NCBI GenBank assembly: GCA_965637545.1
Contig: OZ281499.1
Coordinates: forward strand, 2,542,001 to 2,606,000
DNA length: 64,000 bases
DNA from: Phallusia mammillata
Taxonomy: Eukaryota
Direction of reading: 5' to 3'
Part shown: positions 1-11,600 of the stretch, one piece after another
Position numbering within the stretch: position 1 is the stretch's first letter
How the letters are laid out: every line of letters starts with the position of its first letter
Position numbers and translations under genes: made by a program
The notes under the pieces: generated by a model
Seen by the model: the letters and a program-made list of their open reading frames with translations, nothing else
What the model was told of the DNA's origin: nothing
Database searches by the model: none

Positions 1-279
1 ACCAGGGGGACCAGTTTCTCCCTTTTCGCCTTTGATACTGTTATTTCCATTGGTTCCAGGCGTACCCGGTTCCCCCTTGAGTCCTACAGGTCCCATTTTT
101 CCAGGAGGGCCCCTTAATTTGGGACCGACTTGGTTATTATCAATCGCATGACGAATACGAAAGGTATCGAAGCTCCTTGAACCGACAGTACAGGTTAAAT
201 AGTTGTCTTCTGTTGGCTCAGAAGTTGAACAAGAACCAAGTGCAAGAAAAAGCGAAAATATAAAGTATACACTATGCAT
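1..279 (-). CDS. Secreted short collagen-like protein, first exon (runs off the window)
   Basis: ATG at 279-277 opens MHSVYFIFSLFLALGSCSTSEPTEDNYLTCTVGSRSFDTFRIRHAIDNNQVGPKLRGPPGKMGPVGLKGEPGTPG...GEKGETGPPG. It has a signal peptide and Gly-X-Y repeats, and shares the DN(Y/F)LTCTVGS and RGxPGKMGP motifs with the gene at 20817. Confidence 0.85.
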   Translation of the reverse strand, partial: MHSVYFIFSLFLALGSCSTSEPTEDNYLTCTVGSRSFDTFRIRHAIDNNQVGPKLRGPPGKMGPVGLKGEPGTPGTNGNNSIKGEKGETGPPG

Positions 280-1805
280 CACTGTATATTAGGCTACCTG
301 TCGCTGTCTGTTGTATAATCCTAAATAACAAATACTTTTTGAAGACGACCCAAATTTACACATTTTCATAACTTCAAGTTAAGTTAATTTTGTATTGTTT
401 CAGCACCATTTTAATTTTATTTGGTAGGCATAAACAATTCCTAAGTTACAACCTTGCATATATAGGCCTAATTTATTTTGAATTTCTAAACCCAACTGCC
501 TTTAAAAGTTAGTTTGTACGATTTAAGGCAACCAACTGTCGCGAATATAATTAACTCAAACAAACTGCGTTTTACGGTGTAGCTGCAGCGCATTTAGCCA
601 TTATTAACCAATTGTACCTTTTATTATTTTGCGCCCCATACCGTTTTTCACCTTGCTTGTGATTGTTTAAGTGCTATGTTGTGTTTATTTCAACAAGCAA
701 AACAAACTCAATTCAACTACATCAAAGATCCCGTGATCATCTACTGACCAATAGGCTACTCATTCAAAAATTGCTTTTGACTGATGTGATGTATCGCAAT
801 TGGACATGCCAAGAAACGTGCAAAAAGTTCGTGAAGCAAAAAAGACCTTGCAAACTCTTGTGAACTGTTCACTCTTACGTTTGTTGCTTGTCCGCGTCCG
901 TTAGATCTATGCATATTATACAGAATTTTAATACAATAGCATAGCAAGCGTGCCCTTTGAGGCTGTGTTTAAAATTTACAATCTTTGAAAATAAAAATTG
1001 TAGGTAACTTTACACTAATAGTCATATGGGTTCAATTTCAGCATGAACTGGGGTGGTGCCAACGATTTAGTTGGCCAGAAAGGTAAAACATTTTACTTAA
1101 TACTGGTAATTATACCTAGTTTACGTTTAGCTGGCCTGGCGAAGCATTTTTAACGCTCTTCTGAAAATCTAAAAGCAAGATAATTTTTTTCACACAATGT
1201 CCATGTAATCACAAACGTACGAACACAACCAACACGCACGCGTATCATGTATCAGGCTGCTGTTACGAAATTAGATTTAGATTCTCACGAGCCTTGTTTT
1301 GTTTTTCTTATTGTGTTGTATATTCAAGGTTGAAATATGTCGCCTAATCCGTGTAAATACGCCGAATTGGTTTTGCGGGCTTAAACGCCGATGGAATAGG
1401 CCCATTCAGTCCGACTGTTACTTTAAGCGTAGTTTGCCTAAAAAGTTGCAGGAATTCTTGTAGTGAAAATAAGGCTTAGGTTTTGGGTATAAAATCCAAG
1501 ACAAAAATCATTTCACTACGAGTAAAACGCGCGATACCATCGATACAAACGACATTAAGAGAAATTAAAGTTATCGTCAGTAACTATACACGACTCCAAG
1601 ATGAAGTACAACTGAAAAAAACATACATATTGGAGTTTTGAAAAGAAAAAAGACTTTCAGCGAGCTTAATTGAAAAAAGCTTTGACATGATGCATCCAAG
1701 CTCTTTGGTTAAAGAATTAATTTGGTTGAAACCTTTTGTGGGCAGGCATAATTGAGAGTTGTAAGGCAGGCACCAGTTTTTTAAAAAAAACAGGCTTGAT
1801 TCCAG

Positions 1806-2349
1806 CTTGTATATACACTTGGGGTTCTTTGTGCTATAATTTTACTAACTTTCGTGCTAATTCTTACAAATTACTGGTTCGAGCCGGATTACAGGTTTGT
1901 AGTTTCGGAATTTGGTCTCAATTTTGGACCCGTTTACCACTCTGCATGGCACGGATCCGCTTGGTGAAGCAAATCCAGTTTTTCTGCGAAAGAAACTTGA
2001 GCGACTCAAGAAACGTGATGGGTTGACGCTAAATAAATTGGAAGTCAGAAACACCAATATCGAAAATAAAATATCCAACAAAGACATAAAGAAGCAGATA
2101 TTTCTACGGTGGACCCAGCGATTGGTCCACAAGGATCCAAAGGCCAAAAATGCCTTCACGGAGAAGGTGGTTCTGTGGGCAAGAAGGGCCAAAAGGGTAC
2201 AGTTGGTCCTATCGGTACAGTCGACGAAGCTTTGTTAAACAAAATATTATGTAAGAATTATTTCTTTGTTTTTTGCATTTTAGTCAGTTGCCCTATACTA
2301 ATTTGTTGTCTTTTTGTAGCACGATTGGACGCCGTGGAGAAAATAGCTG
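1806..2349 (+). pseudogene. Decayed collagen-like paralog
   Basis: Gly-X-Y stretch IGPQGSKGQKCLHGEGGSVGKKGQKGTVGPIG ends at donor 2250|GT (phase 1). A 30-nt neck exon at 2320-2349 (SRLDAVEKIA) matches the length and phase of exon 20073-20044 (SRLDRLEKTV). An upstream hydrophobic segment (LVYTLGVLCAIILLTFVLIL) and a coiled-coil-like segment are in other frames. There is a stop at 2067-2069 in the collagen frame and one Gly-to-Cys change. Confidence 0.5.
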
Positions 2350-2401
2350 GTGAGCATTGTTCAAACTTTGGTGGTTTGAAATTAATTCAACAACCTTTAC
2401 C

Positions 2402-2565
2402 CAGTGGTTGGATTCAAATTTGTTGTCAGCCGGTTCTCTCACAAAAGTTATATTTTCAGCCGGTTCATTGACAGTATCCAGTAATGCCAACCGGTTCGCT
2501 GATCTCATAAAATTTCGTGAGCCGGTTCGATAGAACCGGTGCGAACCGGCTAAATCCCACCACTG
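2402..2565. mobile_element. hAT-type MITE family 1 (TIR CAGTGGTGGGATT), copy 1
   Basis: CAGTGGTTGGATTC...AATCCCACCACTG termini and a body shared with five other copies. No clear TSD. Confidence 0.8.
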
Positions 2566-2666
2566 GGTATTGTTTCGCAAACTGAGGTTAATAATCAAAT
2601 ATATCAACAAACATGGCGACAACCTAACTAACCCACAATCCATGTGAAACCGAGCCATTGTCAAAA

Positions 2667-5600
2667 TTACGAGTTGTCGTTTTCCAACTCAATTTCCTCA
2701 GTAACCCTGTTGAGTTTTTTCTTGCGACAACATTCGGCAAATTTTTCCGCCCAAAATCGCCTGACGTCACCATGGCGTACGCACGTGACCAGAAAGATAA
2801 GAATTCCCTGAAAAACAAAAATAATCTTGTTTTTAAGTCTTTTACTTAAAACCAAATACTCCCGCCAAATATTTGCAAAATCAACTGTGATTGCTGGTAA
2901 GGCAAAAAAATCATTTATTGCCGAAAAATGCATTTTTGTGATCGCTGTAGCATGTTCTAACTTCCAATTAGGCCGAGAAATTTAGGTTGGAGGTAAAAAC
3001 ATGTGATTTCTACGGTGATTGCAGGTACGGTAAAAAAACGCATTTTCGTGTAATTAAGGATCGCTGTAGCATGTTTTTTCCTCCATTTAGGCCGATAGAT
3101 TTTACCCAGACAAATTTTACCAGGGCCACTTTCAAGCGTTTACGGTCTATTTTCTTTCGTATTTTTGAACTTGCTAAGAACCATAGTTTCTCCAATTCGA
3201 CAAAAACACAAAAATGCTGCAATGTTGGATGTGTAAAAAGCCAATAATTTTCCAATAATTGAGCGATTTCAACACGCAATGGTTTATGCTTCGCACCAAA
3301 CATGCGAGCAATTCGTAAAAAACAAGCTTGTTACCTGGGTAGAAACCATAATCGTAAACAACCAGCTCGATATTTTCAAGTACCATTCATCATTGGAGAT
3401 CAATATAAAAAATCCCGAAACCCAACAAAGGCCGGAAGTTGTTGCAATTGTGACTGCTGACATCAAGTGGTCAATATTAGTCGGTTGTCGCTGGGTGGAC
3501 TGGATCTGTATAAAAAAAAATATTCCAGTTGCAGTCAATGTTCCGTTTAATGCAGCCAGGCAAAACCACCCAGAAAATATTTTCGTGTCTCGCAATATTC
3601 GGAACAATATAGAATGTTTTTTTTTCAATTAACAGCTGGCTGACAATTAATTTTTTCGAAAAATATAGTTTCACCAAAGGCAGCTGACATCGTGAGTTCT
3701 AAATTCTAATAAAACTTAACTAGACGGCAGCAACTATTTAACATATAACGCAAAGTCAGGGCTACATCGAAACAAAACTAAAAAATTTAATGATGAAAGT
3801 AACGGCCCAAATAGACGTAGAAACCGACAGGCTTTGTTTTTCAAACATTTAGGCGAATGCTCGTGCCATGATCAGTTTCACCAGTTTATAACCACTTGAG
3901 TCGCGTAACAGAATTAAATTATAAAAAGGTGTATAAAAACGGGTGCAACTGATGTGGCCTTCAGATCACTGATGATGGCATGAGCATTTGCCGAAACGTT
4001 TGAAAAGCATGTCACTTTTTACGTCTATTTGAGCCGCTATTTTCACCATTAAACTTATGAACAAATTGGTAAGCTTATATAAAGTGTTCTTAAACTAAAA
4101 ACGTGGTTGCAACATAAAGGTAACTCCACAAACCCAGTGACTATATTTAGACTCATTACTTACTTGTTTTCTTGCACAAGTCAATTTTCTGATTATCAGC
4201 ACAAAAAAGAACATATTAACCAAAATAAGACAGGCCAATGGAGTAAGGAAGGAAAAGTACAGATGGTAACCTTTAATCCAACATATACTTTCGTCCAACA
4301 ATTTGCGCGGGAAACCTGAAAATGTTGCACGAAAAAAATTTACTGCGACAGCGAAGTGACAAATTTTGGGGCATTTTTATTTTATCCTACGTCCGTTTTG
4401 ACATTTTTTCATTTGATTTTTTTGTAGGCTACTTTTGGTTACGTGATTGTATATCTATTTTAATTGTGCGTTTTCGGCTCATTTTCTACGTCATTACTTT
4501 TCCATTAATTTTTTTTTTGGAAACACTGCGATGAAGGGATTGAAGCTTTATGTTGTCTTGCCTGTGTCCAAAAATTTCGCTATTCCGACATTTCCACCCA
4601 CAACCAGAACAGGAGCAAAATAGGAAAACGCCATTGCAAACTTGAAGTAATGATCAGATATCAAATCCAATACCTTGAAAAAATAACACATTGAGTAAAA
4701 TGAGCAGCTTAAACAAGCCTTTAACAATTTAATGTGGTTGAAGCAACAGTATACACATATGCTGGTCCTATATGGCAAGGCGTAGGCTAGAAAAATCCAG
4801 CCTGCGGTGGGATTTAAACCCACGACAGGAGTCTTTTGGGGACTCGCTCTCTACCAACTGAGCTACAAAGGCTCAGTGGTGAAACCGCCGAAAGTTTAAT
4901 CACAAGCACCGTTGCCTGCCTTGAATGCTGCACATGTCAGCTTCGAAGCAGGGATCACGAATTTGACCATTATTCAGGTAATGTTAACATACATACTATT
5001 TTTGTCAAGAGTAAGATTTTAAAATTGTAATTTTTTAGTAAGTGCGCCCTTGGGTTAAAAAGTTGGAGAAACACTGGTTTAATAAAACGAAATCGCCGTT
5101 TTTTTTTTTTTTTCTTGTAAAATTACCTTCACAACTTTTCTGCATAAGAAATGCATGTAAACGGCCATCCAACACCAGCTAGTGAGCAGGAAATAATGCA
5201 GAAAGGTAGCACTAACGAGACAGTTGTGCTTTTTAAATATATTTCCAGTTCCGATTATGAAAATAATGTAAGTTGCTGACAGGTTTAGACAAATGTTCAC
5301 AAGTATCTTCATGGGTATTCTCGCTCGCAAAGGTCTACAAAAAACAAGAAAAAGATCCTCAGGAAGGAATATCACAAGTTGGTAAATGTTTATATCCAGG
5401 TTAAAATTCAGTTGACAATTTTATAAAGAACAAATTAATTTCGCTAAAAAGCATCTTCAATGTCTATAGAGAGCAATAAAAGGAATTAAAATTAGTAAAA
5501 GCTAATAGTTCCTTTACAAACACGGTCATTTCTCAACTGAAAGCCTAGGAGACTAAACTGACTAAACGCGCAATGAAAGATAAAAACCATAAAAGCGTTC

Positions 5601-8600
5601 CTCAGAAAAATTAATTCAAAATTTGCGGGAAATCTGAAACCAGGAAAGCACAAAAAATTTTTGATGCACATGTGTAGAAAAACTCACCGGGAAAGCAGAA
5701 TCGATGTGCAAACGGCCAAAAGAGCAACGATTGATAAACCGCACGAAAAAAAATTCCACCATGTCAATGAAACTGAAAACGGGATCTTTGTGCCCTGGAA
5801 ATCATAAAAAAATGGACACGATCAGTGTTTTTTTTAAGGTGTTTTGGGGGACCGTTTCGGCGGTTTCCCAAATAAGCAAATATGGCTATTTTTTGGTATT
5901 TAAATGAAACACTTGCGGTCTCTTAAAACTACTTAGCGGTCACCCAAACCAAACCTTAAAAAAAAACCTGGACACGATTACTAATTTCTCCGTCGTTACT
6001 GCCCAGTGGTGACATCAAACTCGTAGGTAAGACAATACTTTTCAGCCTGTTGCTCCCAACAAACTGGAGTGCCATTATATGGTTATACTTGCCAAATACG
6101 GCCTATGTCTTGTCACTAGCTGCACTGATGAGACTTTATAGGTTGAAACAGTCTGCATTGTCTACAGCAGTGGTTCTCAAACTTTTTTATTGTCGGGGCC
6201 AAATGGTATTTTTTAAGTGTGTAGGGAGCCGCAAAAAAAAGAAACCTTGAGAAAATCACTAAAGAAGATGACTTTGAAAGCTAAAATAGGAATGTTTGGT
6301 GGTTTTCTGAGGTCTGGTGCGAGCCGCAAAATAAGTAGTTGGGAGCCGCATGCGGTCCCGAAAACCGAGTTTGAGAACCACTGGTCTACAGCTTATCATT
6401 TATTAGCTTGATGCTTTACATTGATACTGTGACATTGAGACGACATCACTTTGGTTCCCAGGCAGATGCTTGGCCATTGGGAACCAGTTTCCTCTGTGGT
6501 TTATGCCCGGTTGTGGCGTCGCACAGACTAGGTGAGGCATGGCTTTTATCCTGTTACTCCCAACAAACTGAAATACCGTACGGTGACTATGTTAGCTCAT
6601 TAGGCCTATCTCTTGTCACCCGCTGTACTGATGAGACCTTATTAGGTTAAAACAGTGTGCACTGCCTGTAGCTTATAATATACATGCACTTATTACGCTT
6701 GGGTAAAAGTTATTTACCACAAGGAGTGCAAAGCTGGTGAGATGGTTGCACAGACACGTTGGGAAGGCAGTATTTCCAGCCAACCAGCATCCTTTACTTG
6801 ACCATAGCTGATTTGCATAATCCCAGAAAACGCACGTATACGTTTTATTCCAGTTGAACTTCTAACAAACAGTTACAAACGTTTTTTAATCAGGCAGAAA
6901 ATGCAGCAGAATTATCTCAAAATGAAAATTGCTCGCAGTAAAACGAGTACCCAATATTATCGGCTACCTGAAATATGATTTTTTGTATTTAATCGCCCGG
7001 TATAAAAAGTATAAAATTATGGGAAGTCAGGGAATTTTGGTATAAGCGATTGTCAATTTGAGTTTTAACAGTGGGTAGTTTATTACTCCAGTGAGTACTT
7101 CGAAAAACGCCTTGGAAGTCAGAACTCTAAAAACAATGATACCTTTGACGAGTATTCTATACGGATCGGTGTTACCAGGCTCACAAAGGTGTTCGGTCCC
7201 AAACTGACAACAACAACCTACAAAAATATAAACATATTTATTCATTTTGTGTGTATTGATTGAGGGCAAGTGTTTGTTGACCTACAAATTGACCTGATTG
7301 ACCTGACGAAATTTGCCCGAGCGATTAACCATTCTTTCTTGTGTTAAAGAAGACAGCATCACAAAAAAACGAAATTTTAATTAAAGGAACATCCTTAACG
7401 GAACATATGAGGCTTGTCTGAAGGCTAAATTAGTTTTTTGTTCGTTTCATTTTTATCCTGGGTGAGCGGGCAACGCCTGAATGCGTTATGCTCACAATGA
7501 GTCCGCCGTCGAGCTGCCTGTTTTTATTGCAAGTCCGCTGAATTATTTATTATTTATTTTTTTTCGTTTTTAGGCAGTTGGTGACTTCAATTTAGTTCAA
7601 CCCATCAGGAACCACTGGGTTGGAGCAATGCCGCTTGAGTTTTTTGCTCAGGGAAACACAAGCGACCGAGATAGGGTTAGAACCCATGACCTTGTGATCA
7701 CAAGGCGGTTGCCAAGGGGTCTAGAATTCTTACCTTAAAGCACACCGTAATAACTAACCAAAAAAACTAGAATTTATTGACTTACTGGTCCTAGTTATCA
7801 CTTACCCATTCCGGTTTTTCACTAGAATGGAACAAGGCGCTTCCACGCAGCAGTAAAACAAACACTCTGCGTGTTACGGTCACAGTTGTATTGAATTGAA
7901 AAGCGTTGCCGGGAATATTAATCTTCGTAGGGAAGGTTGCATTCGAAACACTGTTGTAAAATTTTGGACGAAATTCAACCGTTCCGTTGGTTTGGAACAC
8001 TTCGCGAATCTGAAACCGAAGATAAGCGCTTACTATTTTGAAAAAAAATCTTATGATTGTGTAGAAATGGCTGGGGTACTTTAAAACACGCATTCTACGC
8101 AATTTACCAATAAAATGTTGACGGTTAGGGCTATTACGGTTGGGATTGAGGGTTTGCATTAAAATAACATGATAATTCGACCTTGAAGACTACCCCTTCT
8201 ACTTGCCTAATATTTACACATGCGGAAAATATGTTTAACCATTTTTCATGTTACTCAACAGAAACTGCAAAAAGGTGTTAAACTTGGTGAATTTTTTTAA
8301 CAAAAATCCACCAATTATGCAGTCTTGTTTTTTACTGCCAAAAATAAAAATGCCAGTTTTGTTATTTGATTTTCACGATAATGCGTTTTTACACCAACTA
8401 TAGCTGATTTTCATACAAACCAAACCTCTGCCACGTTGTTATAAGTGGAAAAAACCATGGGGTTAGTAAAGTTTGTCACTTTGAATGCCAGATTTGTTAA
8501 ATCTTGAACCACGTGTGTGGTGTCCAATTTTAAATTTGGGCGGGAAACCAAATCCGCTGCCACGTGGTCTGCTATGCTTAAGGCTGAACTGAATGCCACA

Positions 8601-11600
8601 TTCGTCACCTACAAAAAACAAACGATTTTAAGTGAAGGTAGTAATTAGGTGCAGGCAGTGCATGGTGTAATTCAATTTTTTTGTCAGCCGGTTCTATCAC
8701 AAATGTCTTTTTTTTTCAGTCGGTTTATTGACAGTAAATCCATTGACATTATCCAGTAATGCCAACCGGTTCGCTGATATCATAAAATTTCGTGAGACGG
8801 TTCTATAGAACCGGTGCGAACCGGCTAAATCCCACCACTGGTTGCAGGGTATTAATTGTTTAAAAATTAAACCCCCAAACCGTTCGCTTTTATCAGTAGG
8901 GGTGGACAATCTTTTTTAATTATTTTCGGTCGCTTCACAGGCACACTATAGCGTCCGCACATGTGAGCCTAATAAAGTCTAGCGCAGTTTTGGTACCTTC
9001 CCTGTTTCAGGGCCATGGCCAATGTTAAGAATATATTGGCACAATTCTTTTAGTAAGAATAAAGTGAGCATACACGACAAGGATCTTTTTCTTTGTATTT
9101 CAAGTCAAAATGATAAAAATGCTACATAAATGTTCACATTGAATTCTCAATAAAATTTATGCAACTTTTTCCAGTGTACCACCAAATATAGTGGACAACT
9201 TTTTTAATGATACATTTCCACATTAGGTATAACGCACCTTAGTTGAATTTCCTGCGATGTTTGCAAGAAGAGTTACAGATGACTGCAGATCCTTTTGCGT
9301 CGCATTGCCACCAGATGTCAATATATTTGCACGCGCCAAAACACTTTGGGCTTGCAATGGGTCGCTTAGGTTCGCCTAAAACAATACAAATCGCTGGATA
9401 TGTTAATCAAGACTTGACTTGAAGGGGCCAAAAATCCGAGCCCGAATCCGAATCGTTTGTGTGAAGCCCGTTTAGGCCCGTAAGTTTGATTGACAGGCCT
9501 ATAATTAAGAAGACATAAACAATGGACAATGAATTGAACAATTATCCATTGTGATTCAACAAGAATTTCATTGCGGTGTTTAAAATCAGTTCTAAAGGTT
9601 TGATTGACAGACCTATAATAAAAATGATATTCACAACAGACAGTAATAGTAAACAATGGCTTAAACAAGACGTTTAAGATGTTGGACATTAGGTTAAGTC
9701 CGGCAACTAGCAACTTAGCTAAAAAAATCAATATTTTAAAAATTACGGACGCACGCCCGTTCGTTAAAAAACCTGTCCCGACTTACAACTCTGTAGCTAT
9801 CGTTATGAACTCGCTTATGGATTAGCTTTCCAGCATGGGCAAACTTCAGCATTGCCAACCCCAATAGAAGATTCAATTGCGAAAAAAAGCACAGATAGCC
9901 AATAACCGCTTTGCACAATCGTGCCAATCTACAATGTTACATAAATTATTCAGCTGTAGTGCCACGCGATGTGTGGGTTAGGCATAGTTTGCCCATCCTT
10001 ATTCTATATTTTTAGGCTCTAATTAACTTACTGCAGAAATAACTTCGGCTAGAGTTTGATTCTGACATTCCAACACTTTCAAATCTCGCAATCGATAAGG
10101 TGGTTGTGCTGGACAATGCATCAACGCTTTGGGATTGCCTAAAAAACGAGGAAAACAAGTTAATACAGACAAAAAAAAATATTTTTTCTATACCCGCGAC
10201 ACAAAATGGCGTTTATGAGGCTCTATCTCGTAACAATATGTTTCACATAGACCAGTGATTCTCAAACGCGGCTCTCAGGGCCGCATGCGGCTCCCAACTG
10301 CTTATTTCGCGGCTCGCACCAGACCTCAAAAAACCACCAAAGATTGCTATTTTAGCTTTCAAGGTAAAAAATCTTCAGTGATTTTCTCAAGGTCTCGTTT
10401 TTTGCGGCTCCCTACACACTTAAAAAACTACCATTTGACCCCGACAATAAAAGAGTTTGAGAACCACTGATATAGACTCCAATGCAATAACGCTATCCAA
10501 ATATAGCGTAGTAAACACAAAGTAAACGAAAAGTGGCGAATTCGCTGGTAGCTATCCGTCCCTCTATTTACCTCTCGAACATCTCTCCTGTGACGTCATA
10601 GAGCGACCTGGCAGAGCTTCGTGAAAAGTGTAAAGTTGACTTGAGTTTTTGATTTGTGTAGAAGGGCATCTGTCTGTGACGAGATAATGGCTTTATTAGG
10701 TACACACACAAAATTGTCCGAATAAGGCGAAGATCCGGATTAACCGATGTCAATTAGTTAAAGCCTTACCACATTACAAATCATTTGTATCTCAAATTAG
10801 TCCGAATTAGGCGAAGATCCGGATTAACCGATGTCAAATAGTTAAAGCGTTACCACATTAAAAATCATTTGTACTTCAAGTTTTGTCCGAATTAGGCGAA
10901 GATCCGGCTTAACCGATGTCAAATAGTTAAAGCGTTACCACATTAAAAATCATTTGTATCTCAAATTAGTCCGAATTAGGCGAAGATCCGGCTTAACCGA
11001 TGTCAAATAGTTAAAGCGTTACCACATTAAAAATCATTTGTATCTCAAATTAGTCCGAATTAGGCGAAGATCCGGTTTAACCGAGGTTTACTATATTAAC
11101 TGTATTACTGTATTTGCATAATATTCCATTTTTAAACCGTTTCTCACCTGAACCAACTGTCGTATTAAGGATAGATGCAACCGAACATGAACCTATAACA
11201 GAAAAGTTAAATAGAACATCATGATTCTTAAACAGCTAATATAACCATATGCAGTTGATATCGAACAAATGCACACCACATTTGCTCATGCGTAGAAATA
11301 AGCAATGTAGAATCGCGAATCTAGAAGGATCCGAATCCTAAACCAAATTATTCGAATCCTCAGTTTATATCTGCTTTTCTGTTACTAGCATCCTCAGAAA
11401 TATGCATTTTAAGTACAGGTTTAATATCCACATAATTGCGTCCTCTGGTTTCAGATAAACATGTAAATAGTTGTAATTTTGGTTGTTTCAATTGCAGCAA
11501 GGTAAAAATAGAACTGGATTCGTTTAATTGTTAAAGAACAGGGGTGTGCAACATTTTTCGTAGACAGGTCATATAACCAATTTCGACATCAAGCAAGTGC

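Noticed and set aside
2293-2664. Recurring ORF peptide WWDLAGSHRFYRTVSRNFMRSANRLAL (also at 8697, 33924 and 37868)
   Set aside because: It is the translation of MITE family 1 and not a protein family.
10713-11085. CRISPR-like array
   Set aside because: The units are contiguous and near-identical with no unique spacers, in a eukaryotic context, and derive from a MITE.
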